Below are positions 27,501 through 36,700 of a stretch of 64,000 nt of DNA, in pieces; position 1 is the first letter of the stretch; every line of letters begins with the position of its first letter. Made by a program: the position numbers and the translations under genes. Location: positions 1 through 64,000 of the forward strand of contig JBGANV010000007.1 in NCBI GenBank assembly GCA_044222185.1. Direction: 5' to 3'. Under the pieces are notes generated by a model. That model ran no database searches. It worked only from the letters and a program-made list of their open reading frames with translations, and was not told where the DNA came from. The stretch is from Planctomycetota bacterium. Lineage in GTDB: Bacteria; Planctomycetota; GCA-002687715; CAIWVZ01.

Positions 27501-30500
27501 GCGCACTCCGCGGCGAGGCCCAGGTAGCTTCGCTCGGCGGCGCGAAGATCGTGTTGATCGAGGTCGACGGAAACCTGGCGCTCGTCGCTCCGGGAGATCC
27601 GGGCCTGACGATCGAAGCGCCGGGATCACTCGGCCTCTGTGGTGCCGGACTCGCGCGCGTTCGCGCGGACGGCGCACGACCCAGGGCCGTGTTCGGGCCG
27701 ATCTCCGCAACTCGCTGGAAGAACACGCGCGGGGATCTGGACCTCGTCGCGGTCGTCCGCGGCATGACGGATTACTTCGCGTCGCGGGCCCTCGATCACG
27801 CCACGAGTCGCGTCCAGTTCCCGGGACTGTTCCGCGACGTGCGCGGGCGCGACGGGATCGCCAAGTTCGGTGCCGTGCAGGCGATGCTCGCCGGGATCAC
27901 CTCGACGCGCGCGCTGCTCGAGAGTCTCCGGGGAGCGCAAGTGCATGCGGCAGCAGCGGCCGCCCTGGCGACCGAGCTGCTGGGACCCGGGCCGCGCAGC
28001 GTCAGCTATCTCGCCGGCCAGGTCCTCGGTGGTACGGCGTTTTCCGAGGAGGATCCGGTCTGTCGCCACTTCCGCGACGCGGCCACGCTCACGCGGTACC
28101 CGCGCGACGCCGAGACGTCGGCCCGCCGTCACGGACGCCGGCAGTCGCGCCTCGTCCGCGTTCCGGCTGCGAGCGACGCGGGCGTCATCATGGGGCTCGA
28201 TCGCCGCGCCATCGACCTGAAGCGGCGTCCGACCGACCCCGACGACCTGGCGACGCATCTCGATGCGGTCTGGAGCGGGTGGCGCGTCCTCGTGGACGCG
28301 ATGATCGCCGCGGACGACGCGTCACTCGATGCCGCCGCTGGCGACTTGGGACGACTCACGCTCGTGACGGGCGCGTTCCGCATCTTCGCCGACCGCGTTC
28401 GCGAAGCACGGTTGCGGGGTGACGTCGATCCCATCGACGACGCAGCCCTGTCGAGCTGGGCGCGTCGCCTCGCGGCGAGTGCCCGCAAGCTTGCTCGCCG
28501 CCTGCCGGACGTCACGGACCTGGTCGAACTCGGGCGCCGGCTCCTTCGCGACGGAGCCGCGGAAGGCCCGACGGGCGCGGTCGGTGCGAGCTACGCGGAC
28601 TACCTGGACGCCAAGCAGGAGTTCACCTCAGGCGATCTCGTCACGCGGCCGGGGATCCCCGGCGACCTCTGCTACACGCCGGAGTTGCTCGAGGCCGACC
28701 CGTCCCTCGCCAAGGCGCATTCGGATGCGTACGCGGCGTTCCACGGCCGTTGGCGCGAGCATCTCTTCGACGGGCTCTCCTATCCACGCTACGTGGAGCG
28801 CCAGCACCACGTACCGCTCGTCGACGTGCAGTGGCTCCTCGACATGGGCTGCTTCCGCATGGTCATCCCCGAGCGCTACCTCGGGCAAGGCAAGAAGAAG
28901 GCCTACTACTACGTCACCTGCACCAACCTGATGCGTCACGGCGATCCGGCGCATGCACTGATCGTGATGGGGAGCACGAGCATCGGGACGACGCCGATCC
29001 TCATCGGCCTCGATCAGGACCTGCCGGCGGCGCGCGGTGCCATCGAAGAGGCGTTGAAACACCCCGAGCGGGTACGCGACGTCTCGGCGCGGATCGATCG
29101 ACTCCTCCGCATGGCCGACGGGGCCGACGCACTGAAGATCAAGGAACCCTTCCAGGAACTGGCCGGCGTCGTGAAGAAGTCGCTGCAGGGCGAGAAGGTC
29201 CTGCGGCTCGTCTTCCAGGGGTTCCTCGACGCGTTCATGGATGCGGGCCGGGCTGGGTTGAAGCGAGATCTCGCCGGGTTCCGTGACGGGCTCGTCCGCG
29301 CGCAGGCGGCCCTGGCCGGGTTCGAAGAGCGGTTGCGTGCCGAGCTCGACTCGATTCCGCACCGCGAAGCCATGCACGGCTTCTACCTGAAGAGCATCTC
29401 GTCCGGTCGCATCAGCGCATTCGCGTTGACCGAGCCGAGCGCCGGTTCGGACACGGCGCGCATCCGCACACGCGCCGAACCCGTCGAGGTCGATGCGTGG
29501 CCCGATCCGCGCGGGTTCTACAGCTTCGTTCCCGCCGGCGGGAAGGAGACGCGCAACCTGTTCACCGTGGACCGCCTCGAATTCTCCGAGAGCGGCCTGC
29601 GGTTCGTCACGCCCGACGGAACGCGCGTGCCCGTCGAGGTCCGCGACTTCCGCTCAGCCGACGGCGACGGCGAAGCCCGATACCGCTACGTGATGCTCGA
29701 CGGGCAACGCGTCGACGTTCACGACATCGGGCGGGTCACGCACGCGGATGGAAAGGTCAAGTTCCCGTACTTCCGCGTGAACGGCGCAAAGATGTGGATC
29801 ACCAACGGCTCATGCGCAGGCGTGATGTCGTTGTATGCGCGCACGGATCGCGGTCCCACGGGCTTCATGCTCGACTGTCACCAGGAAGGTCTGAGCATCG
29901 GCAAGGACGAGGAGAAGATGGGCCAGCGAGGCTCGTCCACGAACGAGCTGGCGCTGAAAGACGTCCGCATCCCGGTCGATGCCGTCATCGGCATCGAGGG
30001 ACGTGGGCAGGAGAACGCGCTCGAGACTTTGAACGTGGGCCGCGCCGGGCTCTCGATCACTGCCGTCGGTCTCATGCACGAAGTGGTGCACGACGTCCAG
30101 GATCTCTTCGCCCGAAACGCACGCGAGGCGACGAACGCGGACCTCTACCAGCTGGGCAAGATGGCGCTGGATCTGGCGGGCTCAGAGTCGCTGGCCTACC
30201 AGTTGGTCGGGCGCTTCGATCACCACGGGACGAAGTCGATCCGCGTGGAGTCGGCCATCGCGAAAGCCGAGACGTCCGAAGCTCTGCATCGCGTGCTGCG
30301 TCGGGCCGAACGCATTGCGGGCCCGACGGCCGTGCTCGCGGAGAGTGAACTCGAGAAGCGTCGTCGCGACGCGCGCGTGCTCACGATCTATGAGGGCACG
30401 AACGAGGTGCAGCGCTTCCTCATCCTGAAGGACCTGATCGACGTGCTCCCGGTCGAGCTCCCGCCCATCGAGCGCGGCGGAGTGTCGACGGCCGGCGTCG

Positions 30501-32830
30501 CCGCGGCCATGGATTCCCTTGCCGTCGCCCGCGAGAGCGTGGCGAAGCAGGCGGCCGCAGTTCGGGCGAACCTCGGGTCGCGCGCCTGGCAGAACGTCCA
30601 CCTCCAACCGTGGTTGTTCCCGCTGGTCGAGACGTACATGGCGACCGCCGTGCTCTCTGCGTCCATGCGCAGACTCGCGCTCGCCCAGAAGCTCATCACG
30701 AGCGAACAAGGTCGGGCTCGCGTCGAGTACCTCGACCGTGCGGTTGCGCTCTTGTCGCGGTCCGTCGCGGCGCAGGACAAGCTCGCCGAGTTCCAAGCCG
30801 AAGCCGAGCGCATCAAGCGTGGCGGCGATACGTCCGCCCAATCGTTGGCCGATCGAGCGATCCTCGCCCACGAAGCGCGGCACGTGCGCAGGGCTCCTCC
30901 GCCGCCGTCCGTGCTGCGGCGCCCGGTCCGTGTACTCGTCGTCATCGACCCTGAACCGGCGGTCGCGCCGCACCCGCGCATCCGCGGGCGACATCTGAGC
31001 GAATCGCTCATCGAATTGGGACGAGCGGACCGCGGCGTCCTCGCCGCCGCATTCGCGCTGCGCAAGGCTGGTGACGTGGACGTCACCGTTCTCGGTGCCG
31101 GTGGAGCAGCCGCCGTCGGCGTCATGGAAGAGTGCCTCGCGCTCGGGGCCGACCGGGCGTTCCTCGTGAGCCTCGGTACCCGCTCGCTGCTCGCGCCCGA
31201 CCTCGCGGAGTTCGGCGCGGAGATCATCCGCACGCAGGAGGAGCTCCGCGGGACGTTCGACGTGGTCCTCGGCGCGGATCGCAGCTCGGAGCTTCTGCTG
31301 CCCCTCGCGCGACGGCTCGATCTGGACGTCGTCCGCGTGGCCGAGACGGTCGCTCTCGAGGTCGACACGGACGACGTCGTCGTGCGCGCGCGACTGGCGA
31401 AGCCGGCGACGCTGGTTGCGGTCCCGGGCCCGGCCCTCGTGCTCATGGCCGCCGAGGTCTCGGCGGACGAGCTGCGCTTCGGGACCGAAGGGTGGCGCCG
31501 TGCGCGCGGCGAGGCGGTGCACGTCATCGACTTCGTCCCCCGCGACGCGATCGACGGCTCGTTGATCCTCGCGAGCGCGGCAACCTCCGAGGGAACGCGC
31601 GAGGTCGCGGGAGGTCAACTCACTGCGGCCGACGCGGCCGCATCGTTCGCACGCGAGGCTCAGCTCGGTGGCGGTGCGGGCGAGCGCGCTCGGCCTCACG
31701 CTGGCGCGTTCGAAGAGAAGACCGTGCCCGCGTTCGTCGCGCGCAATGGCGTGCTGGCGATCGTGATGATGAGCGGCACCGATGGCCTGCGATCCGACGC
31801 GGTGTCGGTCGCGCGGGCCGGGCAGTGGTACGCCGATCACGTGCAGCGTCCTTTCGGCGTCATCGTGCTGACATCGGCCGCGGATGACGTCGCCGTGCGC
31901 GAAGCCGTGGGCGCGCTCGGCGCGGCGGTTCCGCGCGGAGACATCGGCGTGCTCGTCGAGCCGCTCCTGCCGTCGCTTCCCGATGGAGCGCTCGGCAAGT
32001 ATCTCGAGTCCCTCACGTCGGAGGCGACCGGCTCGCTGTTCTTCGGCGCCGAGTTGCGGGCCGCGGCCCTGCTCGCGTCCGAAGGCCGCACGTTGAACGT
32101 GGGCGGGCTGCCCGTCGTGAACGGCATCGATCGCATCGAGACGATCGGCGGCAGGGTGGTCCTCTCGGGTGCGCGGCACGACGGTCGCGCGCGCTACGTG
32201 GTCGAGTGGGACAGCCTGCGGATCTTCCAACTCATCGCGCGCGGGGAGATGGAAACAGGTGGTGACGTGCCGGCCGCATTCGAGAGGGGAGAGCGTCTGG
32301 TCGCGCGGGTGAGCATCGCATCGCCCATCGTCGACGACGCCGACGACCTCGTCCGTGCGCTGCGCGAGGCCCAGGGTGAGCTCGGAGTCGGTTCCCTCGC
32401 CGACGCGGAGTTCATCATCGACGTGGGATACGGCGTCGGTAGTCGAGACGGCATCGAGGAGGTGATCGACCCACTGAAGGCAGCCCTCGAGCGCATGGGC
32501 GTCCCCAAGGTGACGATCGGCGCGTCGCGCAAGGTGACGCAGGACCTGGGGCTCCTGCCCGACTCGTTCCAGATCGGACAGACCGGCGTGCCCGTCAACC
32601 CGAAGATCATGCTCGCCATCGGGATCTCGGGAGCGCCCCAACACCTGAACTACATCGGAGAGCGGGCGGCCATCTTCGCATTCAACCGCGATCCCGAGGC
32701 ACCGCTGATGGTCCTGAACCGCAGCCGGCCGAAGCCGCGCGTTTTTCCGATCCACGGCGACCTCTTCGCCGAGGTACCCAAGTTCGTCCGAGCACTCGAG
32801 TCCGAGATCGCAGTGGGCGCCCGCGGTTGA
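24509..32830 (+). CDS. Giant fusion: FixC/ETF-QO flavoprotein + FixX-like 4Fe-4S + degenerate acyl-CoA dehydrogenase + acyl-CoA dehydrogenase + EtfB + EtfA (~2773 aa)
   Basis: GAAAGGA SD. GCGAAG..VEGAPYPGAENWSG, YTVLRPVFD, GIKEV, FLYTNRESLSLG (FixC). CPAHVY..NCIKCETC (FixX). FALTEPSAGSD, NGAKMWITNG, EEKMGQRGS, LNVGR, RRDARVLTIYEGTNEVQR (ACAD). LALGADRA (EtfB). LADAEFII..G.G, GASR, QIGQTG, GISGAPQH, FNRDPEAP (EtfA). Confidence 0.92.
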   Translation: MRATDTTALVVGCGAAGVTAAIGLARRGVSVVVVEGAPYPGAENWSGAVYFCENLVRPEILGPRLLDQTAIERRVVKRGLLATDGRVAVGAAIHSRATFEHCYTVLRPVFDHDLAQRARQLGAEILSNTTALALIRDQDRVLGVLTDRGPIYADVVFLAEGDASHLVAREGLESKPASERGLAEPEFLQGIKEVLALPPQVIEKRFGVGAGDGACYEILLRNGSFGGRPVPLNAGAFLYTNRESLSLGLVAPLENLKQFEGEHNRLMEWLKQLPALRPLLEGAVQQSFGTKLIRGGGYREMPRVVLDGLVVGGAAAGLGVDFPCPNYTGPATFCGWQFSEAVSRIVTEKRSFDAATLTELYQKPVEASHYFADVRHLQDWPHFVTSTREFFGRQVDLVAASAHILTDPEAGRIGRHFLFPRNLVETLPWGKVGAFQADVRRAGDALGISRGAVGAALASLPRWILNVVLQFLPSRSHSGAAFEPIFVADPATKRLAPPLSVRFMRWRFAGAMADALHHLYRNDPVPVSEKLVAARGAILRRVSLLDVVVLPLVLLFNYLVGWVHQLGFKLWVGLTKPSLARILATPFFKVRESARALGDYGRTRELVAHDDKLAMITYRSDERSHIAFHVGYDKVGLPDVASSVFHVCPAHVYRREQDQSLASSVTVLHENCIKCETCWRADPVRVDWGRTRGQRLVFEAYSSADSWLGESLEAAAVSDIERGDQPQGTPSPNRANEPIVPVTIDDARRERVVARLGRLRAAVATFRPLHERLPAVMLGADQELLDGILGEIFGALQEVEDDLRPLPDEGLKLRLDAITAWRHLAATRRKTRRFFQVEADLELLRIHHLPDLEARLGIEAPAAPKNPPDWGHVRASLRAELERRLDKHVITATEKGRAPTTEALDVLRWGIGGLIAAGASQLPPLPGTTARDIFVEELARVSPSLAITAVQHLLAVDCLTRFVVDSDAEDLAEIQDAVTRVKALATVVIGDFDLDADGALRGEAQVASLGGAKIVLIEVDGNLALVAPGDPGLTIEAPGSLGLCGAGLARVRADGARPRAVFGPISATRWKNTRGDLDLVAVVRGMTDYFASRALDHATSRVQFPGLFRDVRGRDGIAKFGAVQAMLAGITSTRALLESLRGAQVHAAAAAALATELLGPGPRSVSYLAGQVLGGTAFSEEDPVCRHFRDAATLTRYPRDAETSARRHGRRQSRLVRVPAASDAGVIMGLDRRAIDLKRRPTDPDDLATHLDAVWSGWRVLVDAMIAADDASLDAAAGDLGRLTLVTGAFRIFADRVREARLRGDVDPIDDAALSSWARRLAASARKLARRLPDVTDLVELGRRLLRDGAAEGPTGAVGASYADYLDAKQEFTSGDLVTRPGIPGDLCYTPELLEADPSLAKAHSDAYAAFHGRWREHLFDGLSYPRYVERQHHVPLVDVQWLLDMGCFRMVIPERYLGQGKKKAYYYVTCTNLMRHGDPAHALIVMGSTSIGTTPILIGLDQDLPAARGAIEEALKHPERVRDVSARIDRLLRMADGADALKIKEPFQELAGVVKKSLQGEKVLRLVFQGFLDAFMDAGRAGLKRDLAGFRDGLVRAQAALAGFEERLRAELDSIPHREAMHGFYLKSISSGRISAFALTEPSAGSDTARIRTRAEPVEVDAWPDPRGFYSFVPAGGKETRNLFTVDRLEFSESGLRFVTPDGTRVPVEVRDFRSADGDGEARYRYVMLDGQRVDVHDIGRVTHADGKVKFPYFRVNGAKMWITNGSCAGVMSLYARTDRGPTGFMLDCHQEGLSIGKDEEKMGQRGSSTNELALKDVRIPVDAVIGIEGRGQENALETLNVGRAGLSITAVGLMHEVVHDVQDLFARNAREATNADLYQLGKMALDLAGSESLAYQLVGRFDHHGTKSIRVESAIAKAETSEALHRVLRRAERIAGPTAVLAESELEKRRRDARVLTIYEGTNEVQRFLILKDLIDVLPVELPPIERGGVSTAGVAAAMDSLAVARESVAKQAAAVRANLGSRAWQNVHLQPWLFPLVETYMATAVLSASMRRLALAQKLITSEQGRARVEYLDRAVALLSRSVAAQDKLAEFQAEAERIKRGGDTSAQSLADRAILAHEARHVRRAPPPPSVLRRPVRVLVVIDPEPAVAPHPRIRGRHLSESLIELGRADRGVLAAAFALRKAGDVDVTVLGAGGAAAVGVMEECLALGADRAFLVSLGTRSLLAPDLAEFGAEIIRTQEELRGTFDVVLGADRSSELLLPLARRLDLDVVRVAETVALEVDTDDVVVRARLAKPATLVAVPGPALVLMAAEVSADELRFGTEGWRRARGEAVHVIDFVPRDAIDGSLILASAATSEGTREVAGGQLTAADAAASFAREAQLGGGAGERARPHAGAFEEKTVPAFVARNGVLAIVMMSGTDGLRSDAVSVARAGQWYADHVQRPFGVIVLTSAADDVAVREAVGALGAAVPRGDIGVLVEPLLPSLPDGALGKYLESLTSEATGSLFFGAELRAAALLASEGRTLNVGGLPVVNGIDRIETIGGRVVLSGARHDGRARYVVEWDSLRIFQLIARGEMETGGDVPAAFERGERLVARVSIASPIVDDADDLVRALREAQGELGVGSLADAEFIIDVGYGVGSRDGIEEVIDPLKAALERMGVPKVTIGASRKVTQDLGLLPDSFQIGQTGVPVNPKIMLAIGISGAPQHLNYIGERAAIFAFNRDPEAPLMVLNRSRPKPRVFPIHGDLFAEVPKFVRALESEIAVGARG

Positions 32831-32938
32831 ACGGGATTCGTCGCGGCGCGGCCCAGTCCCCGCGTCGCGACGTGTCTTTTGACGTGCGGAGCCGCGAGGA
32901 CGCGTTCGTCAGGTAAGCTCCTCCCGAGCTTCCGAACC

Positions 32939-33565
32939 ATGGCCGCGCGCAACGCTTCATCCTCGTCCCGACCCTCGTCCGCCGATCCTTCGGCCGATCT
33001 CCTCCACCGCTGGCAGGACGAAGCGGACCTGGATGCTCTCGACGATCTTCTGCGGCGAGAGGTTTCGATCCTCAAGGAGCTGATCCAGCGCAAGGCGCGT
33101 GGAATGCTTCGGCCCTCGGCCGGTGCCACGGACGTCGCTCATGAGTCGGTGTTGGCCTTGCTGAAGGTGAAGGAGCCGCCCGCCTTCGACGACCCGCGGG
33201 CACTGCGCGCCTACCTGTGGAAATCCGCCTGGCGGCTGCTCATGCAGCGCATGCGACGTCCGCGCGCGGCCGCCCTTCTGCGTCCCGAGGCCGTCGCCTC
33301 GTTGTCGGAGAATGCGACCGTGCTCCGGTTGGGGGGCATGGGGCGGCTCGATCATGAGGAGCGGATGGTCGCGACCCGCGTCGCCATGACGCTCCTGAAG
33401 GACGAGGAGCGTCGTCTCCTCGAGCACTTCTACTTCGACGAGTGGCCCATCGCGAAAGCCGCCACCGAGCTCGGGATTTCCGAGGAGGCGGCGGCCATGC
33501 GACTGAGCCGCGCGCGGCGTCGCCTGGCGCAGCGGCTCGTGGCGTGGCACGACGCCGTGGCCTGA
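32939..33565 (+). CDS. ECF sigma factor
   Basis: DLLHRWQ...ALDDL, ATDVAHES, LRAYLW.SAWR, L..EERRLL..FYF...IAKAA.ELGISEEAAAMRLSRARRRL. Confidence 0.85.
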   Translation: MAARNASSSSRPSSADPSADLLHRWQDEADLDALDDLLRREVSILKELIQRKARGMLRPSAGATDVAHESVLALLKVKEPPAFDDPRALRAYLWKSAWRLLMQRMRRPRAAALLRPEAVASLSENATVLRLGGMGRLDHEERMVATRVAMTLLKDEERRLLEHFYFDEWPIAKAATELGISEEAAAMRLSRARRRLAQRLVAWHDAVA

Positions 33566-33725
33566 TCCCGCACGTTTCAGGGGTCGTTCCCGAAGGAACC
33601 GAAGCCCCACGGCTTCCGGGCCCGAATTCTTTCAGACGCGCCGACTCGCGGCCAATATCGGGCAGACGACCGCCTCTTCGGCGGCCTGGGCGTTCACCGC
33701 TTCTTCATTCCCAGAGAGACCTCCC

Positions 33726-36700
33726 ATGTTGGATTCGTTCAGTCGACCCACATCGCAGCGCCACGGACGGCGCTGTTCCGTCAGCATGCTGTCGATCGCC
33801 ACGTTCCTCGTCGCCGCAACGCTGGCTCGAGGGCAAGCGTTCACGCCGATTTCCGGAACGCTGTTCGACGGCTCAGGCGGACCCCTCCTCGCCAACACCA
33901 CGTACGTCGTCACGGGAACCATCACGGTGCCCGTCGGGCAGACGTTGACGATCAACTCGGGCGCCGGAGTGAAGTTCAACAGCGGTCTCGAGATGGTCGT
34001 GAACGGGACGCTCAACGTGAACGGGACGGCACCTGCGCCGGTTCGTTTCACCTCATTTCGCGACGACTCGGTCGGAGGAGACACGAACGGCAACGGGGCC
34101 TCGTCGGGCGGTGCGGCGGACTGGCGCGGCCTGACCTTCAACTCGACCGCCACGGTCACGATGACTCAGGCGTCGGTGCGTTACGGCGGCTCGGCATTCT
34201 TCCCCGGGATCGGGAACCTCGGCGCCAACATGACGCTGTCGAACGTCACCGTCGGCAACTGCTACGACGCCGGCCTGAGCCTCAACGGCCAGGCGGCCAC
34301 GGTCTCCGTCTCGAACTGCACGTTCACGGCCAACGGTGGCTACGCCGTCCAGGCGGCCCGACTCGACCAGTTGAACGGGTTCACGAACAACTCGGCGAGC
34401 GGAAACGGCGTGAACACGATCCGGATCAGTGTCGGCACCCTCGCCGTGAATCGCACGATCACGGCTGCCAACTGCATGAACGGCGCCGTCTTCGTCGACA
34501 CCTCGATCCAGGTGAGCACGGGTGTGACGCTGACTTTGCAGGCGGGAACCGCGTTCAAGATGAACGGCGGCACCGGCGTGACCGTGGACGGCACGCTCAT
34601 CACGAACGGCACGGCGGGCTCGCCCGTCTACTTCACGTCGTTCCCCGATGACTCGGTCGGAGGCGACACGAACAACAACGGCGTGAGCTCTGGTTCCCCG
34701 ACACAGTGGCTCGGGGTCACGCTCAACTCGACGGCGTCCGCGAGCAGCCTGACGCGGCTCGTCACGCGATACGGCGGTGGGTCCTTCTTCCCTGGCATCC
34801 GTCTTTCAGCCTGCAACGCAACCCTGAACGCGTGCCGCATCGAGAACTTCTACGACCACGGCCTGAACTGCTCGAACAACAGCCTTCCGACGGTCACCGG
34901 TTGCACGTTCACCGGCAACGGCAACGTGGCCGTCACCGGCGTTCAGCTGCAGGCGATCCCCGGCTTCACGAACAACTCGGCGAGCGGAAATGGAGGGAGC
35001 TTCATCCAGATCACCGATTCGACGATGACGGGCAGCAAGACGATCATTCCCGCGAACTGCATGAACGGCGCGCTCGTGGTGAACACGCCGCTCTCCGTAC
35101 CGGCGGGTGCGACTCTCACGATGGCCGCCGGGACCTGCATGAAGTACCAGTCGAACTACCGGTTCCAGATCGACGGGACGCTGCTGGTGAACGGATCGAG
35201 TGGCACCCCCGTGATCATGACCTCCATCCAGGACGACTCCGCGTTCGGTGACACGAACAACAACGGCCCGTCTGCGGGCTCGCCGACCCAATGGGCCGGC
35301 GTCCTCTTCATGTCGACGTCGGATGCCAGCGTGATCCACGGACTCGAAGTCCGCTACACGGGCGCGTCCTTTCTGGCGGGCATCGAACTTCGCGACGCCG
35401 ACATCGTTCTGGAGAGCAGCAAGGTCACGTCGACCTACGCCGACGGAATCAACCTCAACGCCGGCGGTGCGAACGCCACGATCAACGCGTCCATCAGCAA
35501 CTGCACCCTCACGTCGTGCAACGGGTATGCGATCAACAACGTGGCGCTCGACGCGGTGCCGCATCTGCTGAACAACACGGGGAGCGCGAACGGCTCGACC
35601 TCTGTCCACGTGACCGTGGGCACGCTTGCGGCCTCGACGCTCACGGTTGGTCCGGCGAACGGGATGAGCGGCGTTTTGTTCTTCTCCGACAGCCTCACGG
35701 TGCCGGCGGGGCGTACGCTCGCGATGCAGGCGGGTCTGATCTGCAAGTTCTCCGGCGGTTTGAACGCCAGCATCACCGGGACGCTGCTTGCTGCGGGTAC
35801 CGCGGCGAGCCCGATCTACTTCACCTCGGCTCAGGACGACTCCGTCGGCGGCGACACGAACGGCAACGGCCCGTCGAGCGGGAGCCCCACGAACTGGCAG
35901 GGCATCTACTTCAACACGGGATCGTCCGGAAGCCTCCTGACCCAGGTGACGACCCGATTCGTGGGGGCCAGCTTCGTCGCGGGTGCGGTATTCGCCGGGG
36001 GATCGCCGACGCTGTACACCTGCACGTTCAGTGACGGATTCGCCGCCGGCCTGAACTTCACCGACTCGTCGTCGCGGCCGACTGTCGTCGAGTGCCATCT
36101 CGTCAACAACGGTGGCTATGCCGTCGACAACGTGCCCGTGGATGCGCTCCAGGGCTTCGCGAACAACTACGCGACCGGCAACCACACGGACGTGATTCGC
36201 GTGACGAACAGCACGCCGGTCGGAGATCTCTTCATCGGGCCGCAGGCCGGAATCGCCATCTTCATGGCGGCGGGCCTGTCGATCCCAGGGGGACGCAGCG
36301 TCGACGTCCTGCCCGGGACGATCATCAAGATGGGCGGTGGCACGGGCGTCGACGTCACCGGCTCGCTCGACGTCCGCGGCACCGGATACGAGCCCGTGGT
36401 CTTCACCTCCTACGGCGACGACAGCTACGGCGGTGACTCGAACGGGAACGGCCCGAGCACCGGCAGCCCGACCGATTGGCGCGGCCTGACGTACACGGCG
36501 GGTGCGACGGCATCGTCGGTCGAGAACGTGATCATCCGCAACACCGGAAGCGGGTTCTTCGCTGCGCTCAGCCTCCAGTCGCCGAACGTCTCGGCTCGCG
36601 CGGTGCGCGTCGAGCGCTGCTTCGACCACGGCATCACGGCGTCGGCGCTCTCGGGTGCGGGCATGAACTGGGTTGCGAACGCCTGCAACAACGCGGGCAT

